Source: Balamuthia mandrillaris
Taxonomy: Eukaryota
Length of the DNA: 25,346 bases
Assembly (NCBI GenBank): GCA_031835245.2
Contig: JAVKOQ020000069.1
Location: 186,001-211,346, forward strand
Direction: 5' to 3'
This document shows positions 9,694 to 20,421 of this stretch, piece after piece (position 1 is the first letter of the stretch; every line of letters begins with the position of its first letter). The position numbers and the translations under genes are program-made. The notes beneath the pieces are model-generated. The model was not told where the DNA came from. It searched no databases and worked only from the letters and a program-made list of their open reading frames with translations.

Positions 9694-12450
9694 TTAGTCC
9701 TTTGCTGGTTTGTCTTCTTTGAGCTTGGAGAGAAGAGTAGATCCAGAGGAAGAAGCAGAAACACGCTCCTTCCACGTTTCTTTGACCATTCTCAATCGAT
9801 CTGTCTTGGACGCAGTTAGCAACATGCGGGCTTCTATTCTGGAAGGGCTTTCAACAATTGCACTGCCAGCCTGGCTGCTCGCATACCAGCTTTGAATTAT
9901 AGAAGCCACTTTCTTCTCCTTGTCAGAAGGGATATTTTGTTCTTTTTGTTGTTCTTGCTGATGTGTTAGTTGACCATCAACTTTGTCGTTTCCAACCTTC
10001 GTCCAGCTAACCTCGTTGATTTCCCCCTTGTCCTCATTAGCAGCGGTGGTGCTCTTCGGCGTTGCTTCCAATTGATCGCCACGTAGAAGAATTTGTGTGC
10101 CTTGTCGCATCGTTTCGAAGAGATCCATTGTGCCACTTTTCACCATTCCTCTTTTTTCTCTTTCCATCGTTAAGTTGGCAACCGGAAAAGCAGAAGGTTC
10201 TGCCTGTTTCTCTTTTTCTTTCTCAGTTGTCTTGGTGAGTGTTTCGCCTGTCCTTGGTGTGGATCTTTCTTCTATTGTCAGGGGATCCAGTAACTCGATC
10301 ATCTCTCCTTCATTCAAGAAAAAGTCCTCAAAGTAAAGTATCAGCCGCTCTACGAACTCATTCGCAGTGTTGACTTGCTCCATTACCTGCTGCGGATCAT
10401 CCAATGTCTGATTCTTTGGATAACATATGTTGGGGCCGATCACTATCGCCAAGTTCTTAACTGTCATTTTGTTGATAGCAGAGAAAGCATCCACCTAAAG
10501 CGAGGAAGGTTTTAAAAACAAAGCAGAGAAACGGAGCTGAACATAAAGAAAGCGGAATAGAAGCTAACGAAATAGCAAACATACCTTGACACACACACGC
10601 AACACTTCTTTGAGCACGGCTTTGTTGGTAGATGGAAGCTGTTCCAACACCGACTTGATTCCATCAACAATTTCTTTTTGTGAATCCTTCTCGAGTAAGG
10701 CTACAAAAGAATCCCACAAAGCAAAGGTCAACAACGGCTCTGGTAACATCTGCAGAAACTTCTTCAACAGGACAGCGATGATATGAGGGTCCATTCCACT
10801 GGCTTTCTCTTTGCTCAAGTCAGGATAGTCTCCAGAGTCATATCTCTTTTTGAACTGATCGATGCCTGCTTTGGAGGCTGATAACCGGAAGAGACCAACT
10901 GTTTGTACTACGTCTGTGTGGAGAAATACAGCAGGTGAGAGAACGTTGGGATAGAGTAGAGAGAGAACTAACCATCCCTCATCAAGAAGCGAACCACCTC
11001 CTTGACAAAGCGTGGCACTGAGGTAGTACCCTCCCTTTCCACCAACTTGCGGAGTGGCACCCCAAACACTTGGGTAGATTTACTCTTCTGAGTTGGGTCA
11101 GGGTTTGCTACTGCAGGATCACCAGGGCCATTGATGCGAAAGAAGAGCTCGTGAAGACTCTCAGAAGGGAGCATTGGAGGAACAATGGAAGTACCCATTG
11201 ACACAAGGAATGGAGTAGACACGCCCATCACAAATGCTTCGCGTAAACTTCCTCCTTTCTTTTTGCTCCCAGAAGCATTGCTCGCGCCCTTCTTGAGTTT
11301 TTCTGTTTTTTTTATCTTACCGCTGTTGCTGGCCGACTTGGCTTTGACTTTCTTTTTCTTTTTGCTGCCCTTCTTTCCGTTTGCTGCCTTCTCGCTCTGC
11401 GCTTGTGGTTTGTCTTCTTCCTTGAAGCGGATGCTCATGAACTTCTCTCGCAACGATCTTTTTCCTTTCAGACTTGCTGCATCTTCCTTGGAGCGTTTGT
11501 CAACGTTGATCCGGGTTAAGATAGCTTGACTCGATCCGTCTGAAAGCGAACGCTTATGGCCTTCCTTCCTTGCCATCGAGATCTCTCCTTTTTCATCGCT
11601 CTGTCCTACTGGCTCTTCTTTAACTGACTTGTGCTGTGTGGCTAAGCCAGCGAATTCCTGTTTGTTCGACTTGTCCTTTCTCCATTGGCGAAGCTGTTCC
11701 AGGCTTTCCAGCGATTCAGCTCTTCTCATCTTTTCCTCAAAGCGGCGCATTTTGGCGGTGGTGGCCTGTTCTTTCCTTTTCCGTCTGGTATCGTCCGTGT
11801 AGTCTCTTAATGCAGTCTTAACGCAACATCAAGAAGCAATATGAGATAAGTGGGAGAATGATAACAAAGGGCGAAAGTTCAGAAGAGATCGCGTTGGTGT
11901 GACGCTGAAACATACCAGCAACTCATCAACTCCTGAAGAAGGCAAACGATTAGCTAACGCCATCTCTCTGAGGAACTGGGCAACAGTGTTGAGGGGCACT
12001 CTCCAGTCCGTCATCTTTACGGCGTAGCTTCGGAGCATGCTTTTCAACATGCTCAACGTCGCTGCTTCTTCTTGTTGTCGTTTGGATGTGTCTTCAGAAG
12101 ATGTGCTGCCTTGAATTGCTTTGTCTTTCTCTTCAAGAGGCAAGCCAGTCCTTTGACGCCTCATAATGACTAGAGAATGCCAAAAGATTTCTTCCCAAAA
12201 GCTTACATCTTGCCACAGAGCAAACTCCTTAAAGAATTCGCAAAGAGAAAGCGAAACCTGAGCGGCAGGTTCTCCATCTTTCTTCTCTTCGTCATCTTCT
12301 TCGCCCTTATCAAATATGTAATACAAACGTGAAGTCGTGTCCATCAAGGTCTTCATAGTTAGATAGTCCCGTGCTGCTTCGTTATGAAACGCAGCCTCCG
12401 CCTGCAGCATTTGCACAGATCAGTAAGAAAAGAGAACGACGAGCGAGAAG

Positions 12451-12489
<39 letters not shown>

Positions 12490-15016
12490 CTTGGTAATGA
12501 TCAGTCGCAGCATTTGTACCATTAGATGAAAAGAGCGAGCAGATAGAATATTAGTAGGTAAGTTCTGAGTAAGTGCATCCAGTATGAGTGCAAATACGCG
12601 TTGGCCATGCTCTGTATGAAGGAGGCCTCTCAGCTGTTGCAGCTCTGGCTCAGAGACTAGTTCCGCTGACAAAAGTATTTGAGCCACAGTGTAATTGATG
12701 GACTGGAGTGCCAAAGGCAACGACTCTTGGTCTTCCACTCGTTGCTTTTCTTCTCCTTCAGCAGTTGCATTCTCCAGCGAGCACTCAAGGGGTGAAGAGG
12801 TAGATGTAGACGAAGCAGAAGCAATTGAAGAAGAAGAAGCACAAGAAGAAGAAGAAGAGGAAGAAGAAGAAGAAGTGGGAGGAGCATCGTAGCTACGATG
12901 AATCGGTACAGATGCTGAGGAAGAAAGCAGGAAATGGGCAGCATACATAGAGCTGCTCGCTTGGTTGGAAACGTGAATGCACTCCTTCAACTGTCTGGTT
13001 TGTTGCTCCATCGAATGGCGAGCAGATTCAGCGGCCTTTAGCGCTTCCTTCTTCAGTACCTTTTGTCGTTTGACCTCGCTTTTCAGCGCCCAGAGCCTCT
13101 TTTCCCACTCTTCCTCCTCTGCTGCTGCTAGTTGTCTCTCATTGGCCAACAACGTTTTCAGTTTAACCAATTCCTTCTCCATATCTTCCATCGCCTTAAG
13201 TACATTAGTGGTATTCTCTCTTGCAACAGTGATGACTTGCAATGATTTGCCGGCTTCCCCAGCTCTTCGTTCGCAATGCGACTTTGACTTCCAGAAACTG
13301 GCTTCTGTCTCAGCTTGTTGTCTAGCATTTATTTCGCGAGCCGCTTTTTTGTTGGCGCGCTGGGCTTGTTTTTCCCATGATTGCTTCTCTTCTTCCATCT
13401 CTTTGTTGGCATTTTTCAATTCCTCTTGTTGCTGTTTCAGCCTAACGATGTCTCTCTTTAAGTCCTGCACTTCCTGTGATGTCTTCTTGAGCATCAACTC
13501 CTTCTGCGTTAGCAGTTGCTTAAGTTCGTGGTTGGCCATGTCGAGTCTTGCCTTGCTTTCTACTTCTTCGCTTAGACGCTTCTCGAGATGAGCCTCCATC
13601 TGTGCTTTGTCCTGAAGCACTTCTTCCAGCCTAGAATGCAACTCTTTCAAGCTAGTTTCAACTTGACTAGTTCTCTGCTTCAAAGCCTCTCTATCCTCAG
13701 CTGCTTCTTTCTTTTGCTGTTCAAGAAGCGCTTTCACTTCCGACAACTCTTTCTTCACGCTTTTCTTCTTCTTTTTTTCTTCCGTATACTTTTCTTGAGC
13801 TACTGCGATTTGCTCCTGCATCTGATTGCGTTCTTGTGTAAGCAGTTCTTGTTCTTTCTTCTCTGATGCTGCCTGTTCTTCTGCGCTTAGTTGTAAGCTA
13901 AGGCTTTCAAGGAACTTGAGCTCAGCTTCCAACTCTTTTTTGTTCTCATCCATTCGTCGCATACTGCTGACCTTCTTCTTCCACAGGGTTATCTCCTCTT
14001 CTAATCTATATCGACTTGCGTCCCTGTCCTTCAGCGTTCGTAACAATCCCTCCGCACGAACCTCCGCCTTCTCCTTCCTTTCTTGTGCTTCCAGTTCTCG
14101 CTGCTTCAATGACTTCCTTTCAGCCTTCAAAAGGGCTATCTTCTCCGCCACGTTTTGTTGTATCCGCTCCAATTCGCTTCTATCCCTTTCCAGTTCTCTC
14201 TTCACGCTGTCATGTTCGGTCTGTGTAATGTGTAGCTGTTCTTCCAGGCTGGCAACTCGCTCCGTCAAACACAAGTTCTTTCTTGCTTCGTCTCGTAATC
14301 TTAATACCAACAGATCTTTGTTACCACCGCCTGTTTGGTACGAAATAAAAGCAGTGGGTAAAAAGAAATGAGGAACGAATACATGCGACCTATTAAATCT
14401 ATACTTACTAAATTGCAACTGATGGTACAACTGGCGATGCTGTGGGCTTTTCCTATGCAACAAATGAGGAGAAGACGAGTAATTGCTAATCAATGCCTGT
14501 TTGATTGGTGGCGAACTATCGTTCCCCTCTCGAGCAATTTCTGCTGTGTCGACGTCCACATAAGTGCCTTCCATCACTTTGTTGGTCTCGGCCAGTGCCT
14601 CTACAGGCCCTGCTTCCTTGCCGGCATCATCGCTCTTATATACAACTGTTTTTTCTTGTCCATGTAGCTGAGTCTGTGATCGCGTAACCGGATTGGGGAG
14701 GGACACAAGAAGACGCTTTCTGTTATGCTGTGGTGTAAGTGGGTCACAACCAACTAACAACGGGCCGTCATAGTCGGGGAGGGAGGCCGCTGTTCGAGCT
14801 AGTGCTTCGATGTTCAACAAGACCAGAGACATGTCGTGCCGTAGATAAAGCGAAGAAGTTGTAAAGAGACATGAAGAAGGCAAGCCTAGCTCCCAGCATG
14901 CTTTCAGGTAATGAGCTATGTTTTCCACCTCTTCCAGAGCAGTTCGTGGCTCTGTGTTGTATGTTTGCACTATACCGGGACGGATCCCATTTACCAACCT
15001 GTTTCACGATAGAATA

Positions 15017-15064
<48 letters not shown>

Positions 15065-15125
15065 GGGGAGAGAGAGGAGAGAGAGAGGGAGAGAGAGAGG
15101 GAGAGAGAGAGAGTCAGAGAGAGGG

Positions 15126-15169
<44 letters not shown>

Positions 15170-15560
15170 GAGCAAAGCAAGTACTACCTTACAAGCAAAA
15201 CGCCAGAGCGAAGCAAATCAAAAAGATCTGCAGAGTCCGGTAGAAGCTGTCCAGTGACCTGCGATACCCATATCTTGAGCCCTTCGGTGGGCACAGCTAA
15301 CTGCGGCCGTTCCTATTAAGTGAGAAAATAAAGTAGTGGTGAGGAACCGAAAGTGAGAAAGAAGATAGATAGTAACCCCTCTCGGCGTGGTCAAGGTTAC
15401 TTCTCCTTGTTAAATCGTTTTTGACACAAGAACGTTAGTAACCAACAGAGGGACAACAACGAAGCAGTACAACAAAAGAAGCAGAAGAAAACTTGTTGGT
15501 AGAGTTGAAAAAGAGAAACAAACAAAAGATAGTCGACGCACCGGATGAGGAGCTGTGCAT
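9694..15560 (-). CDS. Large RhoGAP protein: CH domain + long coiled coil + SBF2-like helical region + RhoGAP, ~9 exons, ~1687 aa
   Basis: Proposed exons 15560-15542, 15405-15377, 15312-15188, 14998-14409, 14330-12490, 12401-11916, 11816-10973, 10913-10585, 10494-9694 (5064 nt, in frame). CH: LKIWVSQVTG...LFDLLRSGVLLVRLVNGIRPG...ENIAHYLKACWELGLP...LFTTSSLY. RhoGAP: VFGVPL, VPRFVKEVVRFL, GLFRLSA (Arg finger), DPHIIAVLLKKFLQMLPEPLL, NKMTVKNLAIVIGPNI. The first two small exons are less certain. Confidence 0.85.
12456..12486 (-). repeat. Intronic (CT)n microsatellite, RhoGAP gene
   Basis: (GA)n on the + strand, immediately after the GTA donor at 12489 on the - strand. Confidence 0.9.
15019..15166 (-). 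repeat. Long intronic (CT)n microsatellite interrupting the CH domain of the RhoGAP gene
   Basis: About 150 nt of imperfect (GA)n on the + strand, filling most of intron 15187-14999. Confidence 0.92.
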
Positions 15561-15744
15561 GCCGGTGGGTACGTGCTGTAAGCCTGCCTGCAGACAAAAC
15601 CAAGATAACGAGTCACGCTCGCCCCTTTGTCTCCAAACGAAATTAATGAAATAATTTATGTGGTAACGCTGAAACGTGAGAGAGCACAAAAGGAGAGATC
15701 ATGGGAGAAACAAAAAAGAAGCTACTTCAAGCTTGCTCTTCTTC

Positions 15745-16853
15745 TTAAGGTTGAAACATGTCAGCGAGGTTTGCAGAGGGAAAGAGTCGCGAGTTAGCCT
15801 GCAACCAAGCCCACACATAAATAGACAAGCACACTAAGAATACACAAATCGATAACGCTTCTCCGTTCGTGAACTTCTGGGTAGTGTCCGTCACGGCGAT
15901 CTCTGGGACATATTCCCCTATTATTAACATTAGTCAGCTACGGTCTTCTTTGAACGGAAAAAGCGAAGAGAAAAACATGTACCAGATCGTTGTAGAGGCA
16001 TATTTGGTGTAGCTTGGCCATCGGTCCGTTGTGCCTCAACCTCTTTCTCATTGTTTGTGTCCCAGTTGAGCTCTCTGCCGTTGATGTAAGCCAAAACAAG
16101 GTCGTCTCGGTCGGAAGGGTTATCAGTGGCAGCCGCTGCCCGGATTGCTGCGAAGGAAGAACCAGCACCCACACCACCACTGCTGCTACCAACAACCCTC
16201 AGCAAACCCAATTCTTCCAACATTTGCGCTGTTCGCGCTATTTGTGCAGCAGAGAATTTAGGTCCACTTTCGTCGTAAGCTTCTGAGCTATTGCCGTTGA
16301 GTTGCTGTCCGTAGCTGCTGAGCTTGGTCTTCCATTTGGGAATGCGAGAAAGGTTCGCCCTTTGGCTGGCGGAAGAGAAGGGCACACTGCCAGAGAGCAG
16401 CACTCCAGCTAGCGAGCAGATGCAATGGACCACTTTGACAACGTTTTTTCTTCGTTCGCTGAGGAGGTCGCTCACGTCGAAGCAATTCTCCTCCCTGAGA
16501 GCGTAGCGGTCGGTGCATTCGTGAAGAAATCTGACGATGTTATCCACGCGAAAGTAGCTGTGTGTGGCGGTATCTACTATGCTCGCAGGTAGAGTTATCG
16601 TCCTGTCGGTCTCGCCGGTAGCAGAGGAAAGCAGCACATGAAGAGCATTGACGAGACAACAAAGAACAGAGCCGTCTTCCAGAACGTCCGCAATGGAGGT
16701 GTTCCAATTGGTGAGGTGGGCCAGCGGTGGATACTTGTCCGGTTTATACTGTCCTCCTTTCTCGATCACTCGCTTCATCCAATCCCTGGTTTGTGCCTGC
16801 AAGCACAGGAAGCGATAGGCCGCACGTTTCTTCCGTGTTGGCGTGAAATCCAT
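15745..16853 (-). CDS. Calponin-homology domain protein with predicted C-terminal transmembrane helix, 2 exons, ~347 aa
   Basis: Exons 16853-15983 and 15917-15745 (intron GTACAT...CTGACTAAT...TAG, frame-consistent). CH motifs: TRDWMKRVIE, DVLEDGSVLCCLVNAL, DNIVRFLHEC, CFDVSDLL, NVVKVVHCICSLA. The tail ALSICVFLVCLSIYVWAWL is hydrophobic. Confidence 0.75.
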
Positions 16854-17097
16854 CGTTGGTGCTGTTTCTTTTGCGAAGCTTTCAACTCAACCCAGTAGCC
16901 AGCTGCTACCCCAGACCCCACCCTTTCTTTCTTCTTCTTTGCGGCGCCCCTTCGATCGCTACTCGATCACTACTCTAAAAAAAAACAATTGCGAGTGTGG
17001 CGAGGTTTGAACCGACGGAACTGCAGTTTTTTCATGACGACCCGGGAAAGTGTCCTGTATTTAGCTGGAAAGAAAAGAACAAAGAACAAAACCAGAC

Positions 17098-18437
17098 ATG
17101 AGAGCAAGGCCGCCGCGACCGTTGGTTCCAAGGCTTTCTATCCTAGGTTAGTTTGTTTCCGCAGTCGCGGCCCTCGAACTTGTTTTAGATGCCTCTAACA
17201 TCAGTGTCCTATGATTGTGTTTTTAGAGGGAAAGCTGCGTTCCTCTCGCCTTTCGCTCTTTGCCGTGCAGACTCACTCGCTCGTACGCCCGGCTGCCTAC
17301 TTTTCTAGCGGGGCGGCAAATGTTGCGGAGAATAGACGCCCGTCGTCACCCAAGTGGCTGCTTTGGGCTGGTGCTCTTGGCGCTGGAACCTTTCTCTACC
17401 ATCGTTTCAACCAAGAGGACAACAAGCTGATGTGCGCCTCGCTGGAAGGGAACCAGCACCAACAACATCACAACCTCCCACAACCACAACAACGCTCCCT
17501 TCCACGACGGTCAGAATACGCCAACCTATCGCTGGAAGAGATCATAGAGCGAGCCAAACAAACGGCCGTACCTGCCAGCAGGTACTTTGGCCTGAAGAAA
17601 GGCATCTGTCAAGAGGACATCGAGGCCCATACCAAAGACTGGACCAGCTACGAAGCTGTCGTGGACGACACCCAAGAGCTGCACTTCAGCTTGCCGCCTC
17701 AAATGGAGAGGGTTGACATCACGTCCTCCATCGGGAAGATGTTGATGCCTGGCTTGCAGGGCACGTTGATTGCGGCTTTCGCGCTACCCCACCCTGCTGG
17801 TGGCAAGCACAACCCCAAGGCCTTGCCCTCTTTGCTATGTTTGTCAATGGCGACCTCTTCTGCTACTGACCATCTTGCTCAGCAAAAGATCTTCCAAAAG
17901 TATATCGACGAACTATCACAAAGTATCTCTCATCCACTTTTCTTTTCTTCTCTTGTTTCTCTCTCTCTTTTGTATTCTTATTCTTATTCTTATTCTTATT
18001 TATCTTGTTCTTGTTCTTGTGCTTGTTCTTGTTCTTCTTGTTTATGTTGTTGTTGTTCTTCTTCTTGTTCTTCTTCTTCTTCTAAAAACTCATTCCGTGT
18101 GGTAGAGGAAAAATTACAGATACTTGCCCAGCGTAAGTGGAAAGGGGCGGAAGGCAGATTTACTATTTACTCCGCAACAGACACCGACAAGAAGGCGTAT
18201 GTCCGGACGAGGGCGTTGTGCTTTAGCGGTGATTTCTTCCTCGATGTCCTGTTCTTGACACCAAGCCATGAAGAGAAGAGGCACCACAATGATGTGAAGC
18301 GGATTTTCAAGTGGTTTCTGCTATCTCTACAATTGAAGGAACCAAGCACAACAGAAACAGCTTGGGGATGGACGGATGAAGAAGATGAGGAGGAGGACGA
18401 AGAAGACGACGAAGACGAAGACGAAGAAGAAGAATAG
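17098..18437 (+). CDS. Uncharacterised predicted mitochondrial membrane-anchored protein with acidic C-terminal tail, 3 exons
   Basis: Exons 17098-17146, 17227-17922, 18106-18437. Intron 1 is GTTAGT...CTAAC...TTTTAG, so the ORF-track ATG at 17211 is intronic. The N-terminus MRARPPRPLVPRLSILEGKLRSSRLSLF is Arg/Ser/Leu-rich, followed by hydrophobic WLLWAGALGAGTFLY. The protein ends in a D/E run. Confidence 0.7.
17965..18082 (+). repeat. Intronic compound microsatellite (TATTCT)n/(TGTTCT)n/(TGT)n/(TCT)n
   Basis: Visible within intron 17923-18105. Confidence 0.85.
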
Positions 18438-18662
18438 CGGGTTTACATTTACCATGTCGTCCTGAGGAGTACAAAACTCTTCTTGGAATTAAATTCTTTA
18501 TTTTTTTTAAATTGGGGCAGAGAAAAAATTTTGCACTGAAAAGAACAAACGCAACGCACTGGCATTTGGTGTAGCGCGAAAAAACAAAACAAAAAAAAAA
18601 ACCAACGTAGTTCGTTGCACACTCAACTCTAACGAGACGAGAAAGACAACATTGCGGAAAGA

Positions 18663-20034
18663 ATGGAAGATGACATGGCCCTTGCCCTTGAACTGAGCAA
18701 ACAAGAGGCGGAAAGCGCAAAAAAGAGAAAAAGGGAGCTTGGGGACTCGATGGAGCAAGTGCAGGAGGTGGAGGCCTCCTCCGTTTTGAAGATCTCGACC
18801 AAGGACCGAGGTTTCGATGCCGCTCTCTATGGAGAGACCGTGCAAAAGGGCTTTGCCAAACTGTACAACAACTACCTGCTGAGCGACATTACCTTGTTGC
18901 TTGGAGAGGAAAAGATCAAGGCCCACAAGATGGTACTCGGTGCTTGGAGCGAGACCTTTCGCAGCATGTTGAGTCAAGAGTGGGTGGAAGGCTCCATGGC
19001 CGAACTGCCCATCCACGTAGAGCCGAAGGACTATGAGAACTTCAAGTGCTTGCTCAAGTACATGTACACCGGCTCTATCGACTTTATCACGAGCGAGAAC
19101 GTGTTGCCTCTCCTCTCGTTGTCGGACTACTATGGCATCATTTCGTTGAAAGAACTTTGCGGAGAGCTTCTTGGCGAGCAGATCTCGGAAGAAAACCTGT
19201 TTTTCTTGTTGGACGTGGTGCAGCAGTTTGACTGTCGGCGGTTGAGCACCGCTTGTGGCGCCTTCCTTGCCGACCACTTTAACGACATGTTGACGGAGGA
19301 TCGAGAACGACTCATGACATTGGGACTTCACACCTGGGCTGAAATGTTGAGGAGTGACAGTCTCACCGTCCGGTACCTACTTTTTTTGCTTTCAGCAGTA
19401 TACCTATCGCTAAAAGCTAACCATCTTTTACTGTTTGTTTGGGTGCACAACGCACAAACAAAAGAACGGAAGAGGCATTGTTTGAAGCCGTGATGGACTA
19501 TGCCTCCCGCTTCAAGGACGAACCAGAGAAGAGGAATGAGATTTTAACCACATTGCTGCCACATGTGCGGTTCCCGTGCTTGAAGAACAAATTCCTGGTC
19601 AACAACGTGGAACAAAATCCGTTGTTGCAAAGCCTTCCCATTGTGGTAGACCTGCTGTACGAAACCTACAAGTACAAGACTCTTGGTCACAAGCCTTCTC
19701 TTATTAACGCAGCTCCTCGGAAAGGTAGTTTCCCCTTACTGTGCTCTTTTCGCCTTACTAGTTTTCTTAACTTAGTACCACAACGAACTTGAAAGGTTTT
19801 CAAAAGTTTGATCCTGAGAAGTGCGCAAGCTCCATTAACCTGTCAGATGATGGCCTTATGGCTACCTATAGTACGAGTGCTGGATGGCAGTCTGTTCGTT
19901 CCGTTCTTCCTTTCGGCCCCAAGTATAACTACTGCGAGCTGAAGTTCACAGCTGGCATGAATGTCATGATTGGTGTCGTTGATGGAGACGTATCGTACAC
20001 TGGCTATTCCGGCCAATATAGCAACGGGTTCATT

Positions 20035-20077
<43 letters not shown>

Positions 20078-20406
20078 CGTTTTTTTTCATTTCTTTCCCT
20101 CTCCCTCTTTCAATTTGCTGACAATTTCTGCGGTAAAGCTGGACACTTTACTCGCAAGGGAGCCTCTATCATGCAGGCAGTACCACGCCAACCACTGGCG
20201 GTTTTACTGTGAACGACCGCATTGGCCTCAAAGCAGATTTGGCGAAAGGAACCGTGGCCTTTTACAAGAACGGCGCCGTGGTGGCCACTGCATCAAATAT
20301 ACCAAAGAACAGCACTAGCGTTTATCCCATTGTATGCTTCTCAGCAGCTGGTGACTCTGTCAGTATTGACCCTATTGCAACTGACCCTACTGCTGATTCT
20401 CCTTAA
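18663..20406 (+). CDS. UIM-BTB/POZ-BACK-SPRY(B30.2) protein, probable Cullin3 substrate adaptor, 4 exons
   Basis: Exons 18663-19372, 19465-19724, 19796-20027, 20139-20406, in frame. UIM: EDDMALALELSKQE. BTB: SDITLLLGEEKIKAHKMVLGAWSETFRSML...LLKYMYTG. BACK: LTVRTEEALFEAVM...LLPHVRFP. SPRY: FDPEKCASSINLSDD...NVMIGVV...NDRIGLKADLAKGTVAFYKNG...VYPIVCF. Confidence 0.88.
20039..20074 (+). repeat. Intronic (CT)n microsatellite, BTB gene intron 3
   Basis: Perfect CT run after the GTTCAT donor at 20028. Confidence 0.9.
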
Positions 20407-20421
20407 TACAGTAAAAATCTT

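Noticed and set aside
12977..14667. Plus-strand Ser/Phe/Cys-rich ORFs
   Set aside because: They are antisense to the coiled-coil exon of the RhoGAP gene.
14768..15319. ORFs with LSLSLS or RERERE repeats
   Set aside because: They are translations of the intronic CT/GA microsatellite.
18507..19331. 274-aa minus-strand ORF
   Set aside because: It is antisense to the well-supported BTB exon and shows no domain features.
1525..20406. Non-canonical (GC-AG, AT-AC/U12) introns or an alternative genetic code
   Set aside because: Every intron I resolved could be modelled as GT-AG with frame continuity under the standard code.
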